Below are positions 36,323 through 46,156 of a DNA stretch of 64,000 nt, one piece after another. The DNA lies in the NCBI GenBank assembly GCA_026396575.1, contig JAPLWM010000020.1:14266-78265 (forward strand), given 5' to 3'. Each line of letters starts with the position of its first letter. The first letter of the stretch is position 1. The notes beneath the pieces were generated by a model that did not search any database, was not told the origin of the DNA, and saw nothing but the letters and a program-made list of their open reading frames with translations. Both the position numbers and the translations under genes were made by a program. This DNA is from Candidatus Komeilibacteria bacterium. GTDB lineage: Bacteria; Patescibacteriota; Patescibacteriia; UBA1558; UBA10009.

Positions 36323-37378
36323 TTAAAATTTGGCTTTATCCAATAAAAATAAAATCAGGCCGATAGCCGAAGTGACGCCGGAAATCACCCAGAAGCGCAT
36401 GACGATTTTCGGCTCGCTCCAGCCCAAGGCCTCCAGATGATGGTGCAAAGGCGAGGATAAAAAAACCTTTTTGCCGCGCCTCAATTTTTTGGAAGTCAGC
36501 TGGATAATCACCGATAGCGATTCAATAACCAAAACCGCGCTGATTACCGGTAAAAATAAAGCGGTATTGGTCACCATCGCCACAATGCCCAGGGTAATCC
36601 CCAGCGACATGGAACCGGTATCGCCCATAATAAAGCGGGCCGGATTGATGTTAAACCATAAAAAAGCCAGCAAGGCGCCGACGATTACCCCGCAAAAAGC
36701 CGCTAAATTGTATTTGCCCAAACTAAAAGAGATCACTCCCAGCGAACCGAAAGAGGTTAAAAGCACGCCGCCGGCCAAACCGTCCAGACCGTCGGTTTCA
36801 TTAACCGAAAAAGCGGTGGCCACGATGGTAAAAACAAAAATCGGCAGATACCACCAGCCTAAAGCGAAATTTCCCAAAAAAGGCACGTGCAAGGTATCCC
36901 AGCCCAGTTTAAAGTAAAACCAAGCGGCGCCTACCAAGGCAATGGCCGCATAAATTAACAATTTGTGTTTTACTTTTAAGCCGCCGCCATGCGGGCCGAT
37001 GCCCCTTACTCCAAGCCAGTCGTCAACTAAGCCGACAATGGCCGAAGCGACCAAGACGCCCAGGGGCAGCCAGGTTTCGGAACGGGTTAAAAAATTAAGG
37101 TTTAAAAAACTGCCGGCGGGAACGAAGTTGCTTAAAATTAAAAATAAAAAAGCCAAGAGCAAGGTGGTCAGCCAGATAATGATGCCGCCCATGGTGGGCG
37201 TGCCACTTTTATGCTGGTGCAATTTGAAAAAAATCGGGCTGGAACTTTCATTTCTGATCTGCTTGCCCATTTTATAGCGGTATAAAAAATGAGTCAGCGC
37301 CGGAGTTAATAAAAAAGCCAAAATAAAAGAAACCGTGGTTAAAAGAAAAATCTTAATGATGATAAAATTGACCGGCAT
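36323..37378 (-). CDS. mraY: phospho-N-acetylmuramoyl-pentapeptide transferase
   Basis: Polytopic protein with the MraY hallmark blocks (NFMGDTGSMSLG-like IMGDTGSMSLG, HHHLE). Confidence 0.9.
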   Translation of the reverse strand: MPVNFIIIKIFLLTTVSFILAFLLTPALTHFLYRYKMGKQIRNESSSPIFFKLHQHKSGTPTMGGIIIWLTTLLLAFLFLILSNFVPAGSFLNLNFLTRSETWLPLGVLVASAIVGLVDDWLGVRGIGPHGGGLKVKHKLLIYAAIALVGAAWFYFKLGWDTLHVPFLGNFALGWWYLPIFVFTIVATAFSVNETDGLDGLAGGVLLTSFGSLGVISFSLGKYNLAAFCGVIVGALLAFLWFNINPARFIMGDTGSMSLGITLGIVAMVTNTALFLPVISAVLVIESLSVIIQLTSKKLRRGKKVFLSSPLHHHLEALGWSEPKIVMRFWVISGVTSAIGLILFLLDKAKF

Positions 37379-37382
37379 AGGG

Positions 37383-37748
37383 TTAACTGAAGTAGTTGAT
37401 AATCAGGGAAAGAACGGTAATCAGGACGAAAACCTGCACGCCCAGGCCGGCCCAGGCCAAGGCCAGGCCCAGCTGTCGCTGGCGATCGTAAATTAAGCCG
37501 CTGATGATTAAGTTAATTATCAGGATTAACAAGCTTAAGCCCGGGTAATAAATAACATTGATCCATTGGCCGATCCAGCCGATGCCGAAATAAACATTGT
37601 AGTAAAGGGGTATCCAAGCGGCCGAAGCCGGCAAGCGCCAAATAATCAGCAGCCAAATAAAAGCATTGATAAACAAAGCGGCCAGCAGCGGTAAAAATAA
37701 AGCCGACTCTTTGTAAAACCGGCCCAGGAAAACATTGATATTTTTCAT
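37383..37748 (-). CDS. small polytopic membrane protein upstream of mraY
   Basis: 121 aa, 3-4 predicted TM helices; no motif. Confidence 0.4.
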   Translation of the reverse strand: MKNINVFLGRFYKESALFLPLLAALFINAFIWLLIIWRLPASAAWIPLYYNVYFGIGWIGQWINVIYYPGLSLLILIINLIISGLIYDRQRQLGLALAWAGLGVQVFVLITVLSLIINYFS

Positions 37749-37828
37749 AATGTCGCTTATAAAAAGTTTTTAAAAACAGCAGGGCTATTATAGCAAAATA
37801 TCCGGGAAATGACGAGAGGCCGGATTTA

Positions 37829-37837
37829 TGTTATAAT
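37829..37837 (+). promoter_or_regulatory. extended -10 element TGTTATAAT upstream of pilB
   Basis: tatGTTATAAT; ATG at 37866 follows about 29 nt downstream. This argues against the track start at 37809, which would contain the promoter. Confidence 0.35.
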
Positions 37838-37865
37838 TTATTCATTAACATTTGTCAATTTGCCT

Positions 37866-39602
37866 ATGATTGAGGATAAAAAGCTAAAAGACCTGCTAAC
37901 CAAGGACGATTTAATCGATGCTAAAAAATTGGCAGACGCCTTTAAAGAATGCCAGGAGAAAAAAACCACCCTTTTTTATTACCTTTTGGAAAAAAATCTA
38001 GTTTCCGAAAGCGTGCTTTATAATTTGGCGGCTGATTTTTTTAAACTGCCCTTAGTGGATTTAAAGGACGAGAATATCCGCAAAGATATCCTCTTTTTCG
38101 TTCCCGAGCCCATTGCCCAGGCCCACGAAATCGTGGCTTTCGGCGAAAGCGACGAAGGCATTAAAATCGCCACCACCGACCCCACCGATTTGCAAACCAT
38201 CGAGTTTCTTAAAAAGCGGCTGGAAAAAAATCTGGTCATTCACCTGGCCACGCCCAAAACCATTAAAGAAGCTTTAAAACAGTATCACCAAAGCTTGGAA
38301 GCGGAATTTCAAAACATCGGCAAGGCCGAGCAGGACGAACCGGGCGAAAAAACCGACCAGGAATTAAAGGAGCTGGCCCAGGATTTGCCGATCGTTAGGG
38401 TGGTGGATACTTTGCTGGAATACGCCATTTTTGAAGACGCTTCCGATATCCATATCGAACCGACGGAAAAAAACGTGGTCATCCGCTATCGGCTGGACGG
38501 CATGCTTAAGGAAGTTATGACTTTGCCGAAATCGGTCCAAGCCGGCTTGGTGGCCAGAATCAAAGTTTTGGCCAATTTAAAACTGGACGAACACCGCCTG
38601 CCACAGGACGGCCGCTTTAAAATTTCTTCGCCCCAGTATAAAGTGGCTTTCCGCGTTTCCATTATTCCGGTTTTTGACGGCGAAAAAGTGGTTTTAAGAT
38701 TGTTAAACGAATCCACCAAAACTTTAAGCCTGGAAGATCTGGGTTTGCAAAAAAAACAGCTGGAGCTTTTAAAAACCGGCATCAGCAAGCCCCATGGCAT
38801 TATTTTGGTCACCGGCCCGACCGGTTCGGGCAAAACCACCACCTTGTACACCATTATGAATGTTTTAAACAAACCCGCTGTTAATATCGCCACCATTGAA
38901 GACCCGATTGAATACCGCATGCCCAGAATCAACCAAAGCCAGGTTAACCCAAAAATCGATTTCACCTTTGCCAAGGGCTTAAGGGCGCTGCTGCGGCAGG
39001 ATCCCAATATTATCATGGTGGGCGAAATCCGCGATAAGGAAACCGCGGAAATTGCCGCCAACGCCGCCATGACCGGACATTTGGTTTTATCCACTCTGCA
39101 CACCAACGACGCGGTTTCTTCGCCCCAGCGCCTGATTAACATGGGCATTCCCTCCTTTCTGGTTTCTTCCACCACCAATTTAATCATGGCCCAGCGCTTG
39201 GTTAGAAAAATCTGCAAGAACTGCATTTACAGCTATACCTTGGACAAGAAAATGATCGAGGAGCTGGATCGGCATTTTAATTTAAAAAAGGTCTTTGAAT
39301 TTTTAATCAAAGAAGGCCTGCTGGCCAAGGATAAGGCCTCTTCTTTGGACGAAGTGCTGTTTTATCGGGGCAAAGGCTGTAAAAAATGCGGCCAAACCGG
39401 CTATAAAGGCCGGGTGGGCATTTATGAATTAATGGAAGTTTCCCCTAAAATCGCCGGTTTAATTACGGAAAAAGCTTCGGTAGAACAAATTTTCAACCAG
39501 GCGATTGCCGAAGGCATGGTTATCCTTACCCAGGACGGCTTTATTAAAGCCATTACCGGCGTAACCAGCGTTGAAGAAGTTTTGCGCGTTACCCAGGAAT
39601 AA
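37866..39602 (+). CDS. pilB: type IV pilus assembly ATPase PilB/GspE
   Basis: GSPII_E N-domain then Walker A GPTGSGKTTTL, Asp box, Walker B, His box; tetracysteine CKNC...CKKCGQTG. Confidence 0.85.
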   Translation: MIEDKKLKDLLTKDDLIDAKKLADAFKECQEKKTTLFYYLLEKNLVSESVLYNLAADFFKLPLVDLKDENIRKDILFFVPEPIAQAHEIVAFGESDEGIKIATTDPTDLQTIEFLKKRLEKNLVIHLATPKTIKEALKQYHQSLEAEFQNIGKAEQDEPGEKTDQELKELAQDLPIVRVVDTLLEYAIFEDASDIHIEPTEKNVVIRYRLDGMLKEVMTLPKSVQAGLVARIKVLANLKLDEHRLPQDGRFKISSPQYKVAFRVSIIPVFDGEKVVLRLLNESTKTLSLEDLGLQKKQLELLKTGISKPHGIILVTGPTGSGKTTTLYTIMNVLNKPAVNIATIEDPIEYRMPRINQSQVNPKIDFTFAKGLRALLRQDPNIIMVGEIRDKETAEIAANAAMTGHLVLSTLHTNDAVSSPQRLINMGIPSFLVSSTTNLIMAQRLVRKICKNCIYSYTLDKKMIEELDRHFNLKKVFEFLIKEGLLAKDKASSLDEVLFYRGKGCKKCGQTGYKGRVGIYELMEVSPKIAGLITEKASVEQIFNQAIAEGMVILTQDGFIKAITGVTSVEEVLRVTQE

Positions 39603-39621
39603 CAATTAAAAATTAATTCGT

Positions 39622-40758
39622 ATGGTTTTGGATTTAAAAACAAAAGAAACCTCGCCGGAACAAAATTCTAAAACTAATATCTGGTTTAAAGCTTTATTGG
39701 CTCGTTCGGAGGAAATCAGCAGCATTTCCGCCAAGGAAAAGATTTTTTTCGTGCAAAATTTACAGGTGATGATCCGGAGCGGTTTGGCTTTGGACCGTTC
39801 CTTAAAAACCCTGGCCGAACAAACCAAAAACAAGCGCTTTAAAAAAATTATCACGGCTTTGGCTTACGATACGGAAAAAGGCGTTTCTTTTACCGACAGC
39901 TTGAAAAAATACGAAAGCGTTTTCGGCCATTTGTTCATCAGCATGGTGGAAGCCGGAGAAATTTCCGGACGGCTGGAGGCGGTCTTGAAGCAAATTTATC
40001 TGCAAATTAAAAAAAGCCATGAGCTGAAAAGCAAGGTGATGGCGGCCATGGCTTACCCGATGATCGTGGTTATCGCCATGGCGGGCATCGGCATCGGCAT
40101 GATGATTTTCGTGGTGCCCAAAATCATCGGAATTTTCGATCAAATGGCCGCCCAGTTGCCGCCGGCCACCAAATTTTTAATCGGCGTTTCCAATTTTATC
40201 ACCCATAACGGCATCCTCTGCGCCGTTTTGGCTGTGTTAGCCGTAATTTTTGTGATCGTTACCTTAAAGATGGAAAAAACCAAATATTATTACCATTACC
40301 TTTTCATCCATATTCCCATTTTCGGCACGATCGTCAAAAAAATCAATTTAGCAAGGTTCGCCCGCACCATTAGTTCGCTGATTAAAACCGACATTGCCAT
40401 TATGAAGGCCTTTGAAATTACCGGGGAAATTTTAGGCAACCGCCTTTACCGCCAGTCCTTACTGGCTTCGGTGGAAAGTTTAAGGGGCGGTTCAACTTTA
40501 ACTTCGGTTTTGGAAAAATACCCGCAGCTCTATCCGCCGGTTATCGTTCAAATGACGGCGGCCGGCGAAGAAACCGGCACGGTTGATGAAATTTTAGGCG
40601 AGCTGGCCGATTTTTACGAAGAAGAAATAGACCAAACCATGAAAACCCTGCCCTCCATAATCGAACCCATCCTTTTATTGGTTTTGGGCGCCGGCGTCGG
40701 CCTGATGGCCGTGGCGATTATCATGCCAATGTACACTTTAACCCAGTATGTTAACTAA
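39622..40758 (+). CDS. pilC: type IV pilus platform protein PilC/GspF
   Basis: Two GspF repeats, 3 TM helices; directly follows pilB. Confidence 0.85.
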   Translation: MVLDLKTKETSPEQNSKTNIWFKALLARSEEISSISAKEKIFFVQNLQVMIRSGLALDRSLKTLAEQTKNKRFKKIITALAYDTEKGVSFTDSLKKYESVFGHLFISMVEAGEISGRLEAVLKQIYLQIKKSHELKSKVMAAMAYPMIVVIAMAGIGIGMMIFVVPKIIGIFDQMAAQLPPATKFLIGVSNFITHNGILCAVLAVLAVIFVIVTLKMEKTKYYYHYLFIHIPIFGTIVKKINLARFARTISSLIKTDIAIMKAFEITGEILGNRLYRQSLLASVESLRGGSTLTSVLEKYPQLYPPVIVQMTAAGEETGTVDEILGELADFYEEEIDQTMKTLPSIIEPILLLVLGAGVGLMAVAIIMPMYTLTQYVN

Positions 40759-41212
40759 TTTAAAAAAGAGCCGGGCGGGATTCACGCTTTTTGAGCTGTT
40801 GACGGTTATCGCCATAATTGCTATTTTAGCCGCGATTTTTTATCCCAGTTTTAGGGATTATTTGCAGGATCAGGATTTAAAAAACAGCACCCTGGCTTTT
40901 ATCGGCAATTTAAAATTGGCCCAGCAGGATACCGTTACTGAACAGGTAAAATATTCTCTGCAAATGAACTTGCAATCCAACGCTTATGCCTTGGTTAAAA
41001 AAACCTCTCCGGCTACGGTGATCGGTAATTTTCACCTGGGCGGCAATATCTATTTTTCCACTATTACCGGCTTGGTTAACAACGAGGCGGTTTTTAATCC
41101 CACCGGCGCGGCGGATTTTAGCGGTGAAATTTTTTTAAGCCACGGCTCTTCCGGCAAAAGAACAAAAATTTATCTTAAACCATCCGGTTATGTTACCTGG
41201 GAAATGCTTTAA
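40748..41212 (+). CDS. type IV pilin (prepilin-type N-terminal cleavage/methylation domain)
   Basis: RAGFTLFELLTVIAIIAILAAI class III signal peptide with G-1, F+1, E+5. Confidence 0.7.
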   Translation: MLTNLKKSRAGFTLFELLTVIAIIAILAAIFYPSFRDYLQDQDLKNSTLAFIGNLKLAQQDTVTEQVKYSLQMNLQSNAYALVKKTSPATVIGNFHLGGNIYFSTITGLVNNEAVFNPTGAADFSGEIFLSHGSSGKRTKIYLKPSGYVTWEML

Positions 41213-41630
41213 ACAACCAAGATCCGTCCCTAAGGGATTTACTTTAGTGGAAACTCTAATCGCTTTGGCGGTTTTTATCATTGCCGTTGTTTATTTGGCC
41301 GGCGTTTTCCCAACAGGCCTAGGCTTCACTTTAAGCGCCCAGCATAAAACCGTGGCCGTGGCTTTGGCCCAGGCCCGAATTGAAGAAATTATCAGTTCGC
41401 AGTATTCCGGCGTAACCGTTGGCCAGGCGCGGGAGGCTTCGCTCTCCGCCATTGATCCGGATTTTAGCCACTACTCCCGGACCACTACGGTAAATTACGT
41501 CAACGGCGATTTGCAAACCGTTGGCGCCGACATCGGCTTGAAAAAAATCCAGGTAGCGGTTTTTTGGAAAGATCGGGCCGATCAAGCCACTACTTCAATT
41601 AATTTAATGACTTTAATCGCCAATTATTGA
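41190..41630 (+). CDS. minor pilin (prepilin-type N-terminus)
   Basis: PKGFTLVETLIALAVFIIAVV. Confidence 0.65.
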   Translation: MLPGKCFKQPRSVPKGFTLVETLIALAVFIIAVVYLAGVFPTGLGFTLSAQHKTVAVALAQARIEEIISSQYSGVTVGQAREASLSAIDPDFSHYSRTTTVNYVNGDLQTVGADIGLKKIQVAVFWKDRADQATTSINLMTLIANY

Positions 41631-42214
41631 TGAAAAATTGCCGGAAAAAAAATCAGCGTGGATTTACCTTAACCGAAGTGCTGACGGTTTTGGGCATTAC
41701 GATAATTATCACTTTAATCACCTATGATATTTTTTTAGTTTCCCAACAGTCGTTTAAAAAAGGCGACGCCGCTTTGGAAATTACCCAGAACGGCCGGATT
41801 TTTTTGGACCGCTTAACCAGGGAACTTAGGCAAACTCCGGAAATTGCCACTTCGCTGCCGCCCGCTAAAACCACCCAGGGTTTTCCGCCGGCGGCCGAAA
41901 TTATGTTTGCCGACGGCCACGACGTGCCTGATATTCAATATTTGCGTTATTTTTTAAACAACGGGATGGTTAAACGCCAGCGGCTGGTTTACTATTTTGC
42001 CACCGAACCCGGCGTTTACGTTCATTGGAATGCCCGCGATGCATTCGGCCAGCTGCCGCAAAGTTCGGTTTTGGAAGAGCGGGACATCGCCGAATACGTT
42101 AACCAGATAAAATTTTACGGTGCCGGCGTAACTTACATGGAAATCTGGCTGACTAAAGGCCTCTCAACCGCGCATTTTTATACCGGCGTTTGGGGCCGCA
42201 ATACCAGATTGTAA
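41627..42214 (+). CDS. minor pilin (prepilin-type N-terminus)
   Basis: QRGFTLTEVLTVLGITIIITL. Confidence 0.65.
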   Translation: MMKNCRKKNQRGFTLTEVLTVLGITIIITLITYDIFLVSQQSFKKGDAALEITQNGRIFLDRLTRELRQTPEIATSLPPAKTTQGFPPAAEIMFADGHDVPDIQYLRYFLNNGMVKRQRLVYYFATEPGVYVHWNARDAFGQLPQSSVLEERDIAEYVNQIKFYGAGVTYMEIWLTKGLSTAHFYTGVWGRNTRL

Positions 42215-42218
42215 TTTT

Positions 42219-43424
42219 ATGCGAACAAGCCAAAAACAATCGGGCATGATTTTAATTTTGGTGGTCACCGTCATGGCGGCCCTGCTTTTATCCATTACTT
42301 ATTTTTTGGATTTTATCGTAACCGAAAAAAAAATCGCCCAAAGCCAATATCTGGCTACCGAAGCTTATTACTTAACCGAAGCCGGCATTCAGCAGGCTAT
42401 TTGGAAAGTCAGCCACGACCCGACCTGGCTCGTTAATTTTCAAACCGACCCCGATTGGCAAACCAGTTTTGATCTGGCCAATCCCATGGATGCCAATCAA
42501 TCGTATCACGTGGCGGCCCAAAATAACGGCCTGGGCAATGCCCAGGTGGTAGTTACCGGGCACTTAAATTTAGGCGATAAACAATCCCAAAGGGTGGTAA
42601 AAACCACTGTTTTTCAGGCGCAAGGCCCGGCGGCCACCTCCAGCGTGGCTTTATTTTCGGATAATGAACTTAATTTTAACGGCGTTAACGCTCATTTTGT
42701 TAATGCCGGTATTTTTGCCAATAATAATATCAAGGTTAACCTAAGCAGCACAATTAATGTAGATGGCAATGCTTCGGCAGCGAATAATATCAGCATTTCC
42801 TGGCTTTCACACCTTAACGCCGCCCATCTTTATGACAAGGATCATCCGCCCAAGCCGGCTAAGCAGGAAATGGCCCAGATTGATTTTGATTCAAATAACG
42901 CCGCTTCTTTACTGAAATGCGCCACTGCTGTTTACACTTCTAATCAATTTGACCAACTGCTTAATCAGCATCCCACTTTAACGCTTAACGGCCTTATTTT
43001 TGTAGACGGCAATTTAACCATTCCCCGAGGCGTTAATTTAACCGTGAACGGCGCGCTGGTGGCGAGCGGCAATATCAGCATTGGTGCCGATTTATGGCCG
43101 TTTTGGCTAAGCGGACCGATCCTGACCATTAACGATCCCGGTTCCGGGCCGGCCGGGCTCTTGGCTAAAAGAAAAATCAATGTCGGCAGCTATGCCGATA
43201 CCCTGGCGGTTAACGGCTTAATTTACGCCAATGACGAATTTAAAATCGACGCCTACGGCTTAAATTTCAATTTAAACGGCGGTTTTATCACCAGAACTTT
43301 TACGGTTTCCAGCTTATGGCAAACCTTGGTAATCAATTACAATGAAGCGGTAATCAAACGCACTTTAGGTTTGCCCCAAGCGGCGCCGATTATCAACGTT
43401 GACCATTGGGAAGAAGAGTATTAA
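42219..43424 (+). CDS. large minor pilin / GspK-PilX-like protein
   Basis: N-terminus KQSGMILILVVTVMAALLL (prepilin-like, no Glu at +5 as in GspK); 401 aa Asn/Gly-rich beta-rich body. Confidence 0.45.
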   Translation: MRTSQKQSGMILILVVTVMAALLLSITYFLDFIVTEKKIAQSQYLATEAYYLTEAGIQQAIWKVSHDPTWLVNFQTDPDWQTSFDLANPMDANQSYHVAAQNNGLGNAQVVVTGHLNLGDKQSQRVVKTTVFQAQGPAATSSVALFSDNELNFNGVNAHFVNAGIFANNNIKVNLSSTINVDGNASAANNISISWLSHLNAAHLYDKDHPPKPAKQEMAQIDFDSNNAASLLKCATAVYTSNQFDQLLNQHPTLTLNGLIFVDGNLTIPRGVNLTVNGALVASGNISIGADLWPFWLSGPILTINDPGSGPAGLLAKRKINVGSYADTLAVNGLIYANDEFKIDAYGLNFNLNGGFITRTFTVSSLWQTLVINYNEAVIKRTLGLPQAAPIINVDHWEEEY

Positions 43425-43457
43425 AAAACCGCTTTTTGTGCTATAATTAAACGGCTT

Positions 43458-44498
43458 ATGGAATTTAATTTCATTCAAAATTACTTCGGCCTGGATATCA
43501 GCGAGAATTATTTGCGTTTGGTGGAATTAAAAAAAATCGGCGCCAAAATTTACTGTTCCGCTTATAATTCTTTAAAAATGGAGCCGGGGATAATTGCCGA
43601 CGGCCAATTTGTTAAAAAAACGGAAGCGGTTCATTTGTTAAAAAAGCTGATCCAAACCGACCAGGGCCAAAAAATCTTTACCCGCTACGCCGTGGCTTCC
43701 CTGCCGGAACCGAAAACTTTCATCAAGGTCATCGATATCGTTTACGCCAAAGTTCAAAATATCGTGGACGAGGTGATTGAAGAGTCCAAAAAACACATCC
43801 CCTACACTTTGGATAAAGTTTACCTGGATTGGCAGCCGCTCTGGCAGGGCGATAAAACCAAGGTGATTATCGGCGTTTGCCCCAAAGAAGTGGTGGAAAA
43901 TTACCAGCAAGTTTTAGCCCAAGCCGCCATTATGCCGGTGGTTTTGGAAATTGAAGCCATGGCCATTGCCCGCAGCCTCTTCCCCTTGCGCAAAACCTTG
44001 GCCGAACCGATTATGGTTATCGATCTGGGCGCTTCCCGGACCGGCCTGTTTGTTTATGAAAAGGATTATATTCCTTTCAGCCTGTCTTTAAAAACTTCTT
44101 CCAACGATCTAACCAAATGCTTGGCCGCCAAATTAAAATTAACCGCGGACCAAGCCGAGGAAATTAAAAAGAAAATCGGCCTGGATGCCACCCTGGCCGA
44201 CGGAGGTTTAAAAAAAGTTTTAGACCGGCCTTTAAGCGCTTTAGCCGAACAAATCAAAGAAGCCAAATATTTTTATTACGAACATTTTAACAGTGCCAGT
44301 AAAATCGCCAAAGTTTATTTAACCGGCGGCGGCTCCAATTTAAAAAATCTGGCGCCGTTCTTAGCCGAAAAAATTAATTTGCCGGTTGAACGGGCCAACC
44401 CCCTGCTTAATTTAACCGCTGGTAAAATAAATTTACCCGTTAGCGAAATACAATCTTACACCACGGCGATCGGCCTGGCTCTAAGGCAATACCAATAA
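43458..44498 (+). CDS. pilM: type IV pilus assembly protein PilM (actin-like ATPase fold)
   Basis: 346 aa; N-terminal LDISENYLRLVEL, actin-fold phosphate motifs; followed by PilN and PilO-like genes. Confidence 0.8.
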   Translation: MEFNFIQNYFGLDISENYLRLVELKKIGAKIYCSAYNSLKMEPGIIADGQFVKKTEAVHLLKKLIQTDQGQKIFTRYAVASLPEPKTFIKVIDIVYAKVQNIVDEVIEESKKHIPYTLDKVYLDWQPLWQGDKTKVIIGVCPKEVVENYQQVLAQAAIMPVVLEIEAMAIARSLFPLRKTLAEPIMVIDLGASRTGLFVYEKDYIPFSLSLKTSSNDLTKCLAAKLKLTADQAEEIKKKIGLDATLADGGLKKVLDRPLSALAEQIKEAKYFYYEHFNSASKIAKVYLTGGGSNLKNLAPFLAEKINLPVERANPLLNLTAGKINLPVSEIQSYTTAIGLALRQYQ

Positions 44499-44503
44499 TT
44501 CAT

Positions 44504-45025
44504 ATGATTTCCTTAAATTTAATTTCACCCCAGCAGCAGCATTATTTAAAAATCCGCTATGGGCATGTTTTAATTAAGAATTTTTTGGGCGTTTTGATTA
44601 TTTTAAGCGTGGCCTTGGCGATTGTTTCTCTGCCTTTACAGCGGCAGCTTAATAATTTGGAAATAAACAATGCGGCGATTAAAAAATCCATTGCCGGACA
44701 AAACCAGGAAACCACCCAAAAAATATCGGTTTTAAACCAAAAAATCCTGGATTTAACCAAAATTACCGTCGAAGCTTATAACTGGAATCGGCTGTTGCTG
44801 GCTTTAGCCGCCGCCGCGCCCCAGGACGTGGCTTTAAGTGATTTTTCCGCCAATTTAAGTTCAGCCGATTTTACGCTTAAGGGCTATGCCAAAACCCGGG
44901 AGGGTTTAATTGCCTTCAAGGACAATTTGGATAAAGCGGCTGTTTTTTCCAATATTCAATCCCCGCTGGAAAACTATTTGGAAAAACAGAATATCACTTT
45001 TTCTATTAGCGGCAAAATAAAATGA
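44504..45025 (+). CDS. pilN: PilN-like bitopic protein
   Basis: Single N-terminal TM (FLGVLIILSVALAIVSL) plus coiled coil; position after pilM. Confidence 0.6.
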   Translation: MISLNLISPQQQHYLKIRYGHVLIKNFLGVLIILSVALAIVSLPLQRQLNNLEINNAAIKKSIAGQNQETTQKISVLNQKILDLTKITVEAYNWNRLLLALAAAAPQDVALSDFSANLSSADFTLKGYAKTREGLIAFKDNLDKAAVFSNIQSPLENYLEKQNITFSISGKIK

Positions 45026-45558
45026 TTAAAAAAATCTTCAACCAAGCGGAACTGATTAAACTGGCCATCTTTTTGACCGTTTTCGGCTTTGTTTTATTGG
45101 CCTTCAATTTGCCTTTTATCGCCCGGGTTAACGACTTTTACGCCGCCTTAAAAGATGGTGAACAAAAATTAGCCGCCCAGTCTAAAGCCGGCAGCAGCCT
45201 GGATAAAGCCCAGGAAGATTATTCGGCTTTTAACGCTCTTATTCCCGAAGCCGAAGATTTATTCACCGCCAGCGGCCAGGAATTAAAATTAATCACGGAT
45301 TTGGAACAACTGGCCGCCACCCATAATTTAACCCAAAAATTGAACCTTAGCCCCGATCGGGTTAATTATTCCGACCAACTGGAGGCCTTAACTTTGTCCT
45401 TGGAGTTAAAAGGCGGCTTTAACGATCTGCTGGCTTATTTGGCCGATTTAAGCCAGCGCCGCTTTAGTTTAAACGTTAACGCCATCAGCTTAACCCAGCT
45501 AGACCAAAATTCGCTGGAAATTAAATTATTGACCAATACCTATTGGTTAAAACCGTAA
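45022..45558 (+). CDS. pilO: PilO-like bitopic protein
   Basis: Single N-terminal TM, coiled coil; overlaps pilN stop (ATGA). Confidence 0.55.
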   Translation: MIKKIFNQAELIKLAIFLTVFGFVLLAFNLPFIARVNDFYAALKDGEQKLAAQSKAGSSLDKAQEDYSAFNALIPEAEDLFTASGQELKLITDLEQLAATHNLTQKLNLSPDRVNYSDQLEALTLSLELKGGFNDLLAYLADLSQRRFSLNVNAISLTQLDQNSLEIKLLTNTYWLKP

Positions 45559-45857
45559 TTATGGCTTTTAAAAACCCAAAATTAAATATAAAATTCTTCT
45601 ATGCTTTAATGGCTGCGATAATTATATTAATCGTTGGTTTATTCGGTTTTACTACCTATAAGAAATATCTGGAATCGTTTGCTTTATCCGATAATATTAA
45701 TAAATACCTGAAAAGCGTTTCTTTGCGGGAAGTGGAAAAAGACAAAGCCGAAGCGATTATTAAATTTTTAGCGGCCAGCTCCACTGAACCGATAAATTTG
45801 GCAGGCGTAAAAAATCCTTTTTTCCCAGTACCGGCTGACGAGGAAAAGAAAAAATAA
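45543..45857 (+). CDS. small membrane protein (PilP-like position)
   Basis: 104 aa with one TM; last gene of the pilus operon. Confidence 0.35.
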   Translation: MVKTVIMAFKNPKLNIKFFYALMAAIIILIVGLFGFTTYKKYLESFALSDNINKYLKSVSLREVEKDKAEAIIKFLAASSTEPINLAGVKNPFFPVPADEEKKK

Positions 45858-45861
45858 TGTA

Positions 45862-45883
45862 AGGGCGCAATATATTGCGCCCC
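45862..45883. terminator. bidirectional hairpin terminator between the pilus operon and a convergent small gene
   Basis: agggcgcaatatattgcgccct perfect 9 bp palindromic stem; the minus-strand copy is followed by a U-rich tract. Confidence 0.5.
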
Positions 45884-45902
45884 TCAAACAAAAAACCGAA
45901 AA

Positions 45903-46022
45903 TTATTTGCGCTTTTTCTTAGCCCGGGCTTCCAGCATCAATCTTTTTACTTCCAATCTCTTCTTGGTTTTATGGGAATGCGATTTTTGCCTTCGGCCGA
46001 AGGCATGCTCTCTTTTTGCCAT
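45903..46022 (-). CDS. 39 aa highly basic small protein
   Basis: MAKREHAFGRRQKSHSHKTKKRLEVKRLMLEARAKKKRK read by hand; lies between tRNA-Gln and the terminator; not in the ORF track because it is under 60 aa. Confidence 0.3.
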   Translation of the reverse strand: MAKREHAFGRRQKSHSHKTKKRLEVKRLMLEARAKKKRK

Positions 46023-46056
46023 ATGCGTATGCGTAAAGATTAAAAATTAGTTTCTT

Positions 46057-46130
46057 TGGCTCGGAGACAGGGAATCGAACCCCGATTAGCAGAGCCAGAA
46101 TCTGCTGTCCTACCATTAGACGATCTCCGA
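46057..46130 (-). tRNA. tRNA-Gln (CTG anticodon)
   Basis: Hand-folded cloverleaf: acceptor UCGGAGA/UCUCCGA with U1-A72, D arm GTCT/GGAC, anticodon stem GCAGA/TCTGC, loop TTCTGGC, T loop TTCGATT, discriminator G; CCA encoded. Confidence 0.85.
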
Positions 46131-46156
46131 AAACAAATATATTATTATAATGCCTT

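Noticed and set aside
37809-37865. Upstream ATG start for pilB (MTRGRIYVIIYSLTFVNLP...)
   Set aside because: It would place the TGTTATAAT extended -10 inside the CDS. The encoded 19 aa do not resemble a GspE N-terminus, whereas MIEDKKLKDL at 37866 begins the conserved N-domain.
38486-39226. 246 aa minus-strand ORF
   Set aside because: Entirely antisense to the well-supported pilB CDS; it has no motif and its composition reflects the GC skew of the sense gene.
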